A stretch of DNA of 32,000 nucleotides. Origin: Candidatus Kuenenia stuttgartensis. Lineage in GTDB: Bacteria > Planctomycetota > Brocadiia > Brocadiales > Brocadiaceae. Shown here in pieces: positions 9,044 to 17,926 of the stretch. Position numbers and translations under genes: made by a program. Position 1 is the first letter of the stretch. Each line of letters starts with the position of its first letter. The stretch lies in NCBI RefSeq assembly GCF_900232105.1, contig NZ_LT934425.1, positions 3,360,001 to 3,392,000 of the forward strand. The letters run 5' to 3'. The notes beneath the pieces were generated by a model that did no database searches, had not been told where the DNA came from, and saw nothing but the letters and a program-made list of their open reading frames with translations.

Positions 9044-10078
9044 TCAACTACATGCCAATAATCCATGCACACATACGGCTATATCCTGAGAATATTGAAA
9101 AAGGTCGAGAAGCCTTCCTTTTTCAATATCAATTTCCGCAATAGTCGCAGGAGAAAATCCCACAAGGATACGGGATTGACCGGCAGGGCAAAGTCCGCGC
9201 AAGAATAACGGGCTTTTAATCTCATGCTCCATGTTTAAAAAACGTGAAAGAAAGTGAATGCCTCTGAAAAAAGAAGATGACTTTGCCTTAGAAGATTTGA
9301 TTGCAAGTTTGTATAGGGCATTTATTTCAGGAAAGTCTAATAAAGATAAAGCCTTGATCAATGTGCCGTTCTGTGTATAGACCATAACCCTTTTTCCCTG
9401 GGTGTCATTAATTATTATTTTATCTTCAAAAAACACAAGATTATGGCATCCTTTTATAGAGGGGTCTTCCAGTACAAGGCGATTTGTTGTCGTATTGTAA
9501 ACGGCGCCAAACCGGTTAAAGAGGACGTATAACTCATTATTATGCACTGCAACTGCATTTAAATGCGTATGGCTTGGCTGTCTGGCGGGCAAGACTTTAA
9601 GCCACAGCAGTCTGTTGTCGGTTGTTTTATCAATTTTCAACGGTGAGAGGGAAAAATGCTTCTGCAGGGTTGGACTTTCTCTTGCCCACCAGGATTTGAT
9701 GGAATTTCCTTGTGTATCAATGCCAATCACGCAATCTATTGCGGTGGAGGTAAGCCAAATTACGTTATCATGATGAAAAATCTCATGCAATCCGACAAAC
9801 AAATTATTTGATATCTTCCCTTTTGGCGTAAGGGAGAGGTCAAAAAGAATCAGGCTATGGTAGGTTGCGACATAGATTGTATCATTAATCTTAACGATGC
9901 CCCTTCCGCCCCTTGAGTTGCCCCGTGGGTTAGCATCGTCTTTTTCTGTAATAAGCGGATCGGTAGGCGATAACGTTGTTTTCCTCTTTATTTTTTTGGT
10001 TGCCCAGTCAATGCTAACCAATTCCCCGCCCTGTGCAATAGGCCCCTGTCGTACCACCGTGCTAAAATAAACTTCCAT
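9044..10078 (-). CDS. Probable beta-propeller / quinoprotein-like protein of unknown function
   Basis: Repeated beta-rich blade-like segments (GRGIVKINDTIYVATYHSLILFDL.., HLNAVAVHNNELYVLFNRFGAVYN.., GCHNLVFFEDKIIINDTQGKRVMVY); no obvious signal peptide. Confidence 0.6.
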   Translation of the reverse strand: MEVYFSTVVRQGPIAQGGELVSIDWATKKIKRKTTLSPTDPLITEKDDANPRGNSRGGRGIVKINDTIYVATYHSLILFDLSLTPKGKISNNLFVGLHEIFHHDNVIWLTSTAIDCVIGIDTQGNSIKSWWARESPTLQKHFSLSPLKIDKTTDNRLLWLKVLPARQPSHTHLNAVAVHNNELYVLFNRFGAVYNTTTNRLVLEDPSIKGCHNLVFFEDKIIINDTQGKRVMVYTQNGTLIKALSLLDFPEINALYKLAIKSSKAKSSSFFRGIHFLSRFLNMEHEIKSPLFLRGLCPAGQSRILVGFSPATIAEIDIEKGRLLDLFQYSQDIAVCVHGLLACS

Positions 10079-10122
10079 TCACTTATATCTCCGCAAAAAA
10101 GTATTTAAACCAAAACAACATT

Positions 10123-11280
10123 TTACAGGCCAAAGGCGTCTTTTGCATGTTTTATCGTATTTTCCCATGAAAAGATTTTTTGTGAGGCCACCGTATTTCT
10201 TGCATATGCTTCGACCGTTTCCGGATCGGATAATTCCGCTATTGCACGTGTAAGGTCTTCAACATCAGGGTCAAAGTAGGGAATACCGGAAGCGGTGTAG
10301 CCTGTCTTGTGTGATTTAACGAGGATGCCATTATACCGGTCTTGTATCACCTCATTATGGGGCGGGATGTTGTTGGTGATTGTGGGTAATCCGAAAGAGA
10401 CTGCCTCATAAAAATGCTGTCCTAACCCTTCCCACCTGCTTGGTGCGAGGCACACATGGCATGATGAAAACAAATCATAATATTCCTTTGCGGATAAATC
10501 TTCTTTAATGTGTATAATTCTTTTATCAGTAAAATCATCAATATGTTCCGTATTTGACCGCTCCCCCTGCGCCTTGATAATGAGCCTTATATTGGGATTT
10601 TGTACTTGTGTAAAGGCCTTGACTGTTTTTCGTATGGGCTTTCTGCCGCCCTGAAAGCCGCCAGGAAAATAAAAATAAATGGCGTCTCCCCGTTTTTTCG
10701 ACACGGAATTAAGAAGTTCCGGATGGCATCCCCACGGCACCCACGGGCTGTCAACGCCAAAGTCGGCGTATCGTGTGCATTCGCATTTGTTTAAAGAATA
10801 AATTATGTCATATGCGTCGATGGCGCCTTTCATGGGGCGTATGCCTGAATTACTTAATAAACACCTTCCTGCCATTTTCCACATAAATGGTTTCAACGGT
10901 ATTTTTTTATAACCGGTTAGGTGTTGTATCCCGAAACTTTCCCAGATAAATCTTCCGATGGTCTTTATCCCCATTGCGCGTAACGCCGCAATTTCCTTAA
11001 ATTGCAAATTTGAATCAAAGAATATCAGATCGAGTGAATTGTGAACAGCCCATTCTTTGTATTCTTTTAAGGGGATTACAAAATTAGAGGCATGGGCAAC
11101 GCCTTCCTGTTCCCATACATCTGATTTGGCAATGAATTTTGGCAGGGCGTCATTATCCCTTGTGGGCCTTGCAAGCACAAAGGTCTTGTGTCCAAGTTCA
11201 TCTAATATAGAGCGCAGATAACGTGAAACAGTAGCCTGTCCTCTGTTTAACCAGGTGCTGACTATGCCGATATGCATCAT
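10123..11280 (-). CDS. Glycosyltransferase (GT4-like), paralogue of 12279-13439
   Basis: MMHIGIVSTWLNRGQATVSRYLRSILDELGHKTFVLARPT..; CHVCLAPSRWEGLGQHFYEAVSFGLPTITNNIPPHNEVI. The tracked start at 11355 is probably too long. Confidence 0.85.
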   Translation of the reverse strand: MMHIGIVSTWLNRGQATVSRYLRSILDELGHKTFVLARPTRDNDALPKFIAKSDVWEQEGVAHASNFVIPLKEYKEWAVHNSLDLIFFDSNLQFKEIAALRAMGIKTIGRFIWESFGIQHLTGYKKIPLKPFMWKMAGRCLLSNSGIRPMKGAIDAYDIIYSLNKCECTRYADFGVDSPWVPWGCHPELLNSVSKKRGDAIYFYFPGGFQGGRKPIRKTVKAFTQVQNPNIRLIIKAQGERSNTEHIDDFTDKRIIHIKEDLSAKEYYDLFSSCHVCLAPSRWEGLGQHFYEAVSFGLPTITNNIPPHNEVIQDRYNGILVKSHKTGYTASGIPYFDPDVEDLTRAIAELSDPETVEAYARNTVASQKIFSWENTIKHAKDAFGL

Positions 11281-11411
11281 TTTGCCTTTCTTTAATTTTA
11301 CTATCGTCAAACAAATCGTAAAAGCTGAGGATACGTTAATGCCGGCGGTGTGCAATGAGTTCTCTTACTTTCGGATGTTTTATTTTTTATATGACTGTGC
11401 CGCAGTTGTTC

Positions 11412-11846
11412 TCAAGAGGTTTTTAATATGAATTTCAAAATATAATTGCAATATTTTGCATATTGATTTATAGCATCTCCGACTGTTTTATAGATAATAC
11501 TTTTATCTAAATTGTTATATTCATGAACAATTGCATTTCTAAATCCGGCGCTTTTCGAGATTTCTTCGGCAAAATCCCTCTGCAAAACATTCAAGTCAGC
11601 AAGGAGTAAGAATGTGTCTCTATATGTCTTTGGCGCTTCCATATCCGGTCTGGCCAATTCAGAAATAAGGTGCTCATTAATATCGATAGCCCTGCCAATG
11701 ATCTCCATTAAGATATTTTTTAGCGCCGCATACTTTATAAAATCTTCCGCAATCTGGCTAATTGTAAAATCATAGAATATCTTTAATCTTTCCAAATCAC
11801 GGGTAATTAAATTCAGTTTTTCTTTTAAAAATTCTTTATCAATCAT
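11412..11846 (-). CDS. hepT: HepT-like HEPN-domain toxin (DUF86)
   Basis: Contains RNAIVHEY, matching the HepT RX4HXY motif; adjacent to a MntA-like nucleotidyltransferase. Confidence 0.87.
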   Translation of the reverse strand: MIDKEFLKEKLNLITRDLERLKIFYDFTISQIAEDFIKYAALKNILMEIIGRAIDINEHLISELARPDMEAPKTYRDTFLLLADLNVLQRDFAEEISKSAGFRNAIVHEYNNLDKSIIYKTVGDAINQYAKYCNYILKFILKTS

Positions 11847-11854
11847 CTGAAATA

Positions 11855-12259
11855 CTAAACGCCTAAATTTTGCAGCCGTTTCTTAATAAGCACTTCTTTT
11901 AACCTTAAAAGGTCTTGGCTATCATAATAATCGCGGAAGGCATAGGATTTAAAAGAATTATAATCATAACTCTTACCGTAAAGCAGAACTCCTTTACTCA
12001 TTACCTGATAACGAAACAGGGAATTGGTATTATGAAGGGATTTTACATCTATTTCCTTAACTTTAAATATTTCAGCAAATTCGTTATTCAAATCAATCAG
12101 ATTTTCAAAGGTGATGGGTCTTGTTCCCAAAACAGCAATATCAATATCACTTTCTTTACAAGTTCGCCCGCTTGCATGAGAACCATAAAGTATAACTAAC
12201 AAGAGGTTGTATTTCCTGGCAATATGATCAATTTCAGGCTTTGACATTAAAATGTTCAT
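11855..12259 (-). CDS. mntA: MntA-like minimal nucleotidyltransferase antitoxin
   Basis: LYGSHASGRTCKESDIDIAV matches the GSX10DXD motif; directly upstream of hepT. Confidence 0.88.
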   Translation of the reverse strand: MNILMSKPEIDHIARKYNLLLVILYGSHASGRTCKESDIDIAVLGTRPITFENLIDLNNEFAEIFKVKEIDVKSLHNTNSLFRYQVMSKGVLLYGKSYDYNSFKSYAFRDYYDSQDLLRLKEVLIKKRLQNLGV

Positions 12260-12278
12260 CAGTGGCCTCTCTCTCTCT

Positions 12279-13439
12279 TTATAATCTAAAAGTCTTTTTT
12301 ATATGTTCGGTGGTGGTATTCCATGAATATTTTTTTTGCAATTGTATCGTATTGTTTGAGAGTTCCGTTATTTTATTTACGTCAGACAGTTCCTCTATTG
12401 CCCTTGCAAGGTCATCCACATCAGGGTCGTAGATGGGTATTCCCGATTGTTTATAACCAATTTTTACCGATTTTACAAGCAGCCCATTCTTTCCGTCTTC
12501 AATGACTTCATTGTGAGGGGGGATGTTATTGGTGATTGTGGGCAATCCGAAGGAGATTGTTTCATAAAAATGTTGCCCTAAACCTTCCCATCTGCTTGGC
12601 GCCAAACATACATGACAGGAGGAGAATAAATTATAATATTCCTTTGCGGGCAGGTCTTTCACTATTTTTATGAGTCGTGTATCCGGGAAGTCTTCAATAT
12701 TCTCGGTCGTTGTCCTTGTTCCCTGTGCTTTAATAATCAGGCGAATGTCAGGATTTTTTACCTTCATAAAGGCTTCAACCGTCTTTCTCATCGGTTTTCT
12801 CGCCCCCTGAAAACCGCCCGGAAAGAAAAAATAAATAGCATCTTCACGTTTTTGCGGTTTTACTGCAAGTAGTTCCGGATGGCAGCCCCATTGGATCCAG
12901 GGGCTGTCAATCCCAAAGTCTTTGTATCGCGCCTGTTCACATTTTGTGAGAGAATAGACGATATCAAATGCCTCCTTTGCACCAATGACGTCCTTGTTGG
13001 TAAAGCACTCCCGCATATACCGGCAAAAAGCCTTCATATCCCTTGTCCGAAGGATTGTTTTAAGGCCTTTTGCATGTTTTTCTCCAAAACCTTCCCAGAC
13101 GAAACGGCCAAAGGTTTTAATGCCCTTTGACCGCAGATATTTAATCTTGTCATACTCATTGTTTTCATCAAAAAAAATGATCTGGATGGCATTTTTTTCT
13201 ATCCAGGAGAGATATTCTTCTAAGGGGATGAAAAAACGAGACGCCCTGGTAACGTCCCCCTGGTTCCATACGTCAGCCGTAGAGATAAAATTGGGCAAAT
13301 CATCGGTATCGCTTGTGGGGCGGGCAAGTACGAATGTGTGATGTCCCAAATTGTCAAAAACAGACCTGAGATAACGGGACACCGTGCTTTGTCCCCTATT
13401 CCACCAGGAGCTAACTATTCCTATGCTGAGTTTTTTCAT
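12279..13439 (-). CDS. Glycosyltransferase (GT4-like), paralogue of 10123-11280
   Basis: MKKLSIGIVSSWWNRGQSTVSRYLRSVFDNLGHHTFVLARPT...CHVCLAPSRWEGLGQHFYETISFGLPTITNNIPPHNEVIEDGKNGLLVKS; start overlaps the upstream stop by 4 nt (ATGA). Confidence 0.87.
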   Translation of the reverse strand: MKKLSIGIVSSWWNRGQSTVSRYLRSVFDNLGHHTFVLARPTSDTDDLPNFISTADVWNQGDVTRASRFFIPLEEYLSWIEKNAIQIIFFDENNEYDKIKYLRSKGIKTFGRFVWEGFGEKHAKGLKTILRTRDMKAFCRYMRECFTNKDVIGAKEAFDIVYSLTKCEQARYKDFGIDSPWIQWGCHPELLAVKPQKREDAIYFFFPGGFQGARKPMRKTVEAFMKVKNPDIRLIIKAQGTRTTTENIEDFPDTRLIKIVKDLPAKEYYNLFSSCHVCLAPSRWEGLGQHFYETISFGLPTITNNIPPHNEVIEDGKNGLLVKSVKIGYKQSGIPIYDPDVDDLARAIEELSDVNKITELSNNTIQLQKKYSWNTTTEHIKKTFRL

Positions 13440-14392
13440 CGGCGAAAAAAATGGGTAAGGTTGTTGTACCATCGTTGCGTGTTCATAAGCTTAAGACAAT
13501 CGTGATATCCTGCCTGTTCAAGTGCTTCTCTCATATTGAGGAGGGTAAAACCTTTTCTCCAGTAATTACTGGATGGGGCAAATAGCGTTACCTTTTTTTT
13601 CACATGTTCTGTCGTCCATTGAAGAACGTTACCGGGTAATGTTCTTTCCATAAAATCATAGAGCAATTTCAGTGTTTCATGCGGTTCCGCTATTAAATCC
13701 TCATTGCGTAATAAAAGAAAATTTTTCCCGAATGTTTTCCTGCCTGCCTCGTGTGTTTGCTGAAAGGTATATTTCCAAATCATTAAAACCTTCAAATAGT
13801 CGTTGCAATTTTTCATATGGGCATATTCGGGTGTTTTTATCAATAATTTATAAAGTTCGTAACTTCCCCACGGATTCCTTTCGATGATGGTTTTGAAAAA
13901 GGTTTTTTTCGTAGAATACTTTTCTCTGTGTTTCTGTTCTCTGCCAAAAATATACGACGTGGTGATTGCACGCGGGTCCCGAACGATAAGGATGAGTTTT
14001 GAATCCGGGTCGATTCTCTTGAGTACCGGGATTTTGGTGTACATTCGTGTAAATTTAATAACGGTATCTTCAGAGCGGGAAATCAAATATTTTATGTAAT
14101 CAATGCAATATTGCGGTAAATCTCTTTCGAGTTCCAGGGAGGCGTCCCTTGGTGTGCCATAATTTAACAAATCGATGTCTTTTAATAAGGGGTATGTTTT
14201 TTGAAAATCTTCCCTGCATTTTCTGATCTTTTCAAAAAGATCAACATTTTGTATGCCGCTACCCCCTCCGTGTTTTGGAATTCTACCTGCGGCAAAAGGT
14301 TCATAATATAAATCAAGATTCTTGTCCTGACACAATATATCATAAACAATTGTTGTTCCTGACCGGCGCATTCCCTGTATAAAAACATTCAT
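13436..14392 (-). CDS. Sulfotransferase family protein
   Basis: MNVFIQGMRRSGTTIVYDILCQD; LILIVRDPRAITTSYIFGREQ. Confidence 0.87.
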   Translation of the reverse strand: MNVFIQGMRRSGTTIVYDILCQDKNLDLYYEPFAAGRIPKHGGGSGIQNVDLFEKIRKCREDFQKTYPLLKDIDLLNYGTPRDASLELERDLPQYCIDYIKYLISRSEDTVIKFTRMYTKIPVLKRIDPDSKLILIVRDPRAITTSYIFGREQKHREKYSTKKTFFKTIIERNPWGSYELYKLLIKTPEYAHMKNCNDYLKVLMIWKYTFQQTHEAGRKTFGKNFLLLRNEDLIAEPHETLKLLYDFMERTLPGNVLQWTTEHVKKKVTLFAPSSNYWRKGFTLLNMREALEQAGYHDCLKLMNTQRWYNNLTHFFRR

Positions 14393-14630
14393 TTACGATC
14401 CCCCCCCATGAGTGGAAAAGAATGAGAGACAAAACAGCAGCCGCCTGCGTGTATTACTTTTATTTTAGTGTATGTAAAATCAAGGCGGCAGTATATCAAA
14501 ATACGGAAGAGAAGGAAACGGAAAATAGAGAGATAGTTGAAGGGGAAGCAGTGGGGGGAGACAGTCGGCTGTTGGCAATCTACAGCCTGCAATTTGCCGG
14601 TTGCCGATTGTATTTATTTTGTTTTCACAT

Positions 14631-15788
14631 TTACATAATTACCAGTTCCGCATGCAATGCGCCGGCTTTTTTAATGGCCTGGAATATCGAGATGAGGTCC
14701 CTTGGGGTTACGCCCAATACATTAAGTGCACGCGCAACGTCGGAAATAGAGACGCCTTCCTGCAGTACGGTCAATCTGCTTTTTTCTTCGCTTACCTGTA
14801 TATCCGTGCGTGCCATATCCCTTGTTTCACCTGCACCCAGCATATTTGGCTGTGAAACCTCCTTTTCTTCCTTGATCGTTATACTGAGGTTTCCATGGGC
14901 AACTGCAACCGTGGATATTCTTACATGCTGGTCTGCAACAATGGTGCCGGTGCGTTCATTAATAATTATCTTAGCGACGCTGTCGGTTTTAATGTAAAGT
15001 TCTTCCAGGGTAGAGATAAATTTTACTATAGTCTCATCGGACTGAAACCCCTGCGGAGGTCTTATATTGATAACCGCCGCATCAACCGCAACTGAAGAAT
15101 TTGGATAAATATTATTAATAAGCTCTGTTACCCTTGTGGAGGTGGTGAAATCAGGGTCTCTCAGCACAATATTCAGTGCCTGCCCCTTCAAAAAGGTGGT
15201 GTGAATCTCCTTTTCAACGATCGCTCCGTTTGAAATATGGGCGGTAGTGGATATGTTTTTCCTGACAGACTGTGCATCGCCTTTGATGCTGTAACCGCCT
15301 ACGGTAAGCGCGCCCTGAGCTACGGCATACACTTCATTATCAGCGCCCTGCAATGCGGTCTGAAGCAGCACGCCGCCTTCCAGACTTTTACAGTCACCAA
15401 TGGAAGAAAGCGTTATGTCCAGCTTATCGCCCGGCCTTGCAAATGCAGGGATATTCGTGGTGACCATGACCACCGCGGTGTTTTTGGAAAAGAAGTCTTT
15501 TTCATCCATTAGCACCCCCAGTTTTTCAAATATATTTACTGCCATTTGGCTGGTAAGTTTAAAGATTTGACTGTTATCGCCTGTTCCCTGAAGTCCGATA
15601 ACTATGCCATATCCGTAAAGCTGGTTTTCACGCACGCCCTGAACATACGCAATATCTTTAATTCTGACTGCGGCCTGTACGTGATGTACAAAGAGGCTTA
15701 TCAGTGTTGTGCCTGCGATAATAAAAGACGTTATAACACACTTCAACATAAACCTTATTGTAAACTGTTTTTTTCCCATAGCATTCAC
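14631..15788 (-). CDS. flgI: Flagellar basal-body P-ring protein FlgI
   Basis: VRIKDIAYVQGVRENQLYGYGIVIGLQGTGD; TNIPAFARPGDKLDITLSSIGDCKSLEGGVLLQTALQGAD; IINERTGTIVADQHVRIS. Alternative start ATG 15779. Confidence 0.98.
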   Translation of the reverse strand: MNAMGKKQFTIRFMLKCVITSFIIAGTTLISLFVHHVQAAVRIKDIAYVQGVRENQLYGYGIVIGLQGTGDNSQIFKLTSQMAVNIFEKLGVLMDEKDFFSKNTAVVMVTTNIPAFARPGDKLDITLSSIGDCKSLEGGVLLQTALQGADNEVYAVAQGALTVGGYSIKGDAQSVRKNISTTAHISNGAIVEKEIHTTFLKGQALNIVLRDPDFTTSTRVTELINNIYPNSSVAVDAAVINIRPPQGFQSDETIVKFISTLEELYIKTDSVAKIIINERTGTIVADQHVRISTVAVAHGNLSITIKEEKEVSQPNMLGAGETRDMARTDIQVSEEKSRLTVLQEGVSISDVARALNVLGVTPRDLISIFQAIKKAGALHAELVIM

Positions 15789-15842
15789 CGTAAGTTGTTA
15801 ATGGATAATTTGTCTTTCTGTGTTTTATTAAATCTGTATAAT

Positions 15843-16142
15843 CGTAACACTTTAGTTTTTTGAAAAATTCCCGTTATAGAAAAAATACCATGTAGCCCCG
15901 TCAGGGGCGGTCTGTTTGTAGCGCAATAAAATTCAATAAGGTAAATAGCTCCGTAGGAGCGGCCTGTCCGTATTCAGGCAGACCTGTTTAATATGGATTT
16001 ACAAGAGACAGGTCGCTCCTAATTGCAGAGACAGGTTTCAAACCTGTCTCTACGATCTGTTATAATATTCTATTTTGCTACAAACAGGCTGCTCCTACGG
16101 AGCTTATAGGTAATACATTTTTCAAAAAACTAAAGTGTTACG
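15843..16142. mobile_element. MITE-like non-coding element with perfect 26-bp terminal inverted repeats
   Basis: cgtaacactttagttttttgaaaaat (15843-15868) is the exact reverse complement of 16117-16142; no transposase ORF; further nested inverted repeats inside. Confidence 0.75.
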
Positions 16143-16199
16143 TATAATCTGTGGCTTTTTTTATTAATTTAGGATTTTAAATCGTGCTTCGTAACTAGC

Positions 16200-16820
16200 T
16201 TAAAATGGCGATACAAATTCCTTCAGGCGATAAAACCAGCCCCGTTTGGCGGCATTTGTCAAAAAACCTTTGCCTTCAAGGCTTATACTGGCATTTGCAA
16301 TCGAGCTTGATTGAATTACATTATCCACACTTACATCGATTGGCCGTATGATCCCTGATACCTTTATATTGTATTTTTCCTTATTAATATCCACCTCTCT
16401 GTTCCCTTCAATAATAAGATTCCCATTTGATAATATTTCCGTTACCACAGCGGTGATTTCCAATTGAAGGCTGCGGCTGCTGTCGTATTGCCCCGTACCG
16501 CCAAAAGTGTGCTCAGTTTGTGATTTTACATTGGGTAAATAGTCTTGCAATGCCCCTAATTTCTTGGAAAAATCTGAAGCGTCCACATTTATGTTATGGC
16601 TTGTGCTTTGGTCTGCGCTGGAATCTTCTTTTCCGGTAATTGCCGTTGACTCATTTATCGTGACCGTCACAATGTCGCCGATACGCATTGCCCTGTTGTC
16701 ATTATAAAGGTTTGTATTTAACGTAATGCGTTTTTGCCAGAGAGATTCTCCCATAGCATCGGTTACGAATGCAATACAAGTGAAACATGCAATAAGATAG
16801 GGAATAGTTTTCTTTTTCAT
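16200..16820 (-). CDS. flgH: Flagellar L-ring protein FlgH
   Basis: SLWQKRITLNTNLYNDNRAMRIGDIVTVTINESTAITGKEDS..; LVVEGxR-type segment NLIIEGNREVDINKEKYNIKVSGIIRPIDVS. Confidence 0.95.
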   Translation of the reverse strand: MKKKTIPYLIACFTCIAFVTDAMGESLWQKRITLNTNLYNDNRAMRIGDIVTVTINESTAITGKEDSSADQSTSHNINVDASDFSKKLGALQDYLPNVKSQTEHTFGGTGQYDSSRSLQLEITAVVTEILSNGNLIIEGNREVDINKEKYNIKVSGIIRPIDVSVDNVIQSSSIANASISLEGKGFLTNAAKRGWFYRLKEFVSPF

Positions 16821-16889
16821 AAGAGACTCCGCCAGTGGTTGTTCTGATTTAAAATATTTTGACCAAGTAGGGGCGAATAATTATTCGCC

Positions 16890-17909
16890 CTAAAGGATTA
16901 TCTTCACGGTACAATCATCCTGCACTTCGCCGTATAATTCCTTTTTTGTATCTAAATTCATAACCTTAATCGCCCGTCCTTTGTAACCGTCTTCTTTCGC
17001 AACTCCCTTTGTGAGAATACTAAGGTTGCCGATTTTTACAAGAATCTTGACGAGTTCGCCCTTTTTTATCACTGCGGGGTCATCTACCATGTTTTGCGTA
17101 AGGGGTTTGCCGGGAGGAATGGTATATAAGACACGTTTCCCCAAAAGAGGTTCTACACTGTCAATGGTAGTAAACCCTGGCATGCTTGTTGTTTCGATAC
17201 GTTTTATACAAATATCCTTAGTGGTTAAAATATCGTTTCTGTTGATTTTCCTGTTGGCGACTACGATTTCTTCATAGCGCCGTATAGTAAAATACATTGG
17301 TATTTTATGATATTGTTTCTCATCAAGATAAATCCGTACCACTACCTGAACCCTGCCGCTGCTTTTGTTTGCATTTACCTGTGAAACCTCTATGCGCATA
17401 ATTCCTCCGCCCAGTGGCAGCATTATATCGTTTGGAGGCCTTTCGGCTTCGACAACGATTTCTTCATTTCTCTCAGAGTATGCAAGCTTTGTGATGACAA
17501 ACTCTTTTGCGGTTTGTAAAATCTCGTCGCCGGTAATGGTGAATGATTCTACGGATATCATGGTAAAATCATTCCTGCCAAACGAGACTTTATTGGGGTT
17601 TATTCCTGCGTCCAGCATACGTGAAGCTATAATATTCTTTTCTATTTTTCTGACGTTGCCCGGCCACGGAGTGTTTCCGATAAATACGTTATGCGCTCTT
17701 TTTAAAAGGTCTGCGTCACTGCATGACAGGTCTGCAATATCGCCAAGGGTAACTTCCTTTTCGGGAAGTGATACGGATTCTTTCAACTCGACCGTAATCT
17801 GTTGTCCAAAGGATACAGAAACGATTGCAAACATTATGAATATTATGAATATCCCCCCCTTAGCCCCCCCCAGAGGGAGGGGAATTATCCCTCGTCTTTT
17901 GTCCCTCAT
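16890..17909 (-). CDS. flgA: Flagellar basal-body P-ring assembly protein FlgA (start could be 17834)
   Basis: SAF/FlgA pattern: NRKINRNDILTTKDICIKRIE...EPLLGKRVLYTIPPGKPLTQNMVDDPAVIKKGELVKILVKIGNLSILTKGVAKEDGYKGRAIKVMNLDTKKELYGEVQDDCTVKI. Confidence 0.93.
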   Translation of the reverse strand: MRDKRRGIIPLPLGGAKGGIFIIFIMFAIVSVSFGQQITVELKESVSLPEKEVTLGDIADLSCSDADLLKRAHNVFIGNTPWPGNVRKIEKNIIASRMLDAGINPNKVSFGRNDFTMISVESFTITGDEILQTAKEFVITKLAYSERNEEIVVEAERPPNDIMLPLGGGIMRIEVSQVNANKSSGRVQVVVRIYLDEKQYHKIPMYFTIRRYEEIVVANRKINRNDILTTKDICIKRIETTSMPGFTTIDSVEPLLGKRVLYTIPPGKPLTQNMVDDPAVIKKGELVKILVKIGNLSILTKGVAKEDGYKGRAIKVMNLDTKKELYGEVQDDCTVKIIL

Positions 17910-17926
17910 TTTTCGCCCCTCATTCT

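Noticed and set aside
14422-14997. 191-aa + strand ORF
   Set aside because: It overlaps flgI in antisense and the flgI protein is unmistakable. The remainder is low-complexity intergenic sequence.
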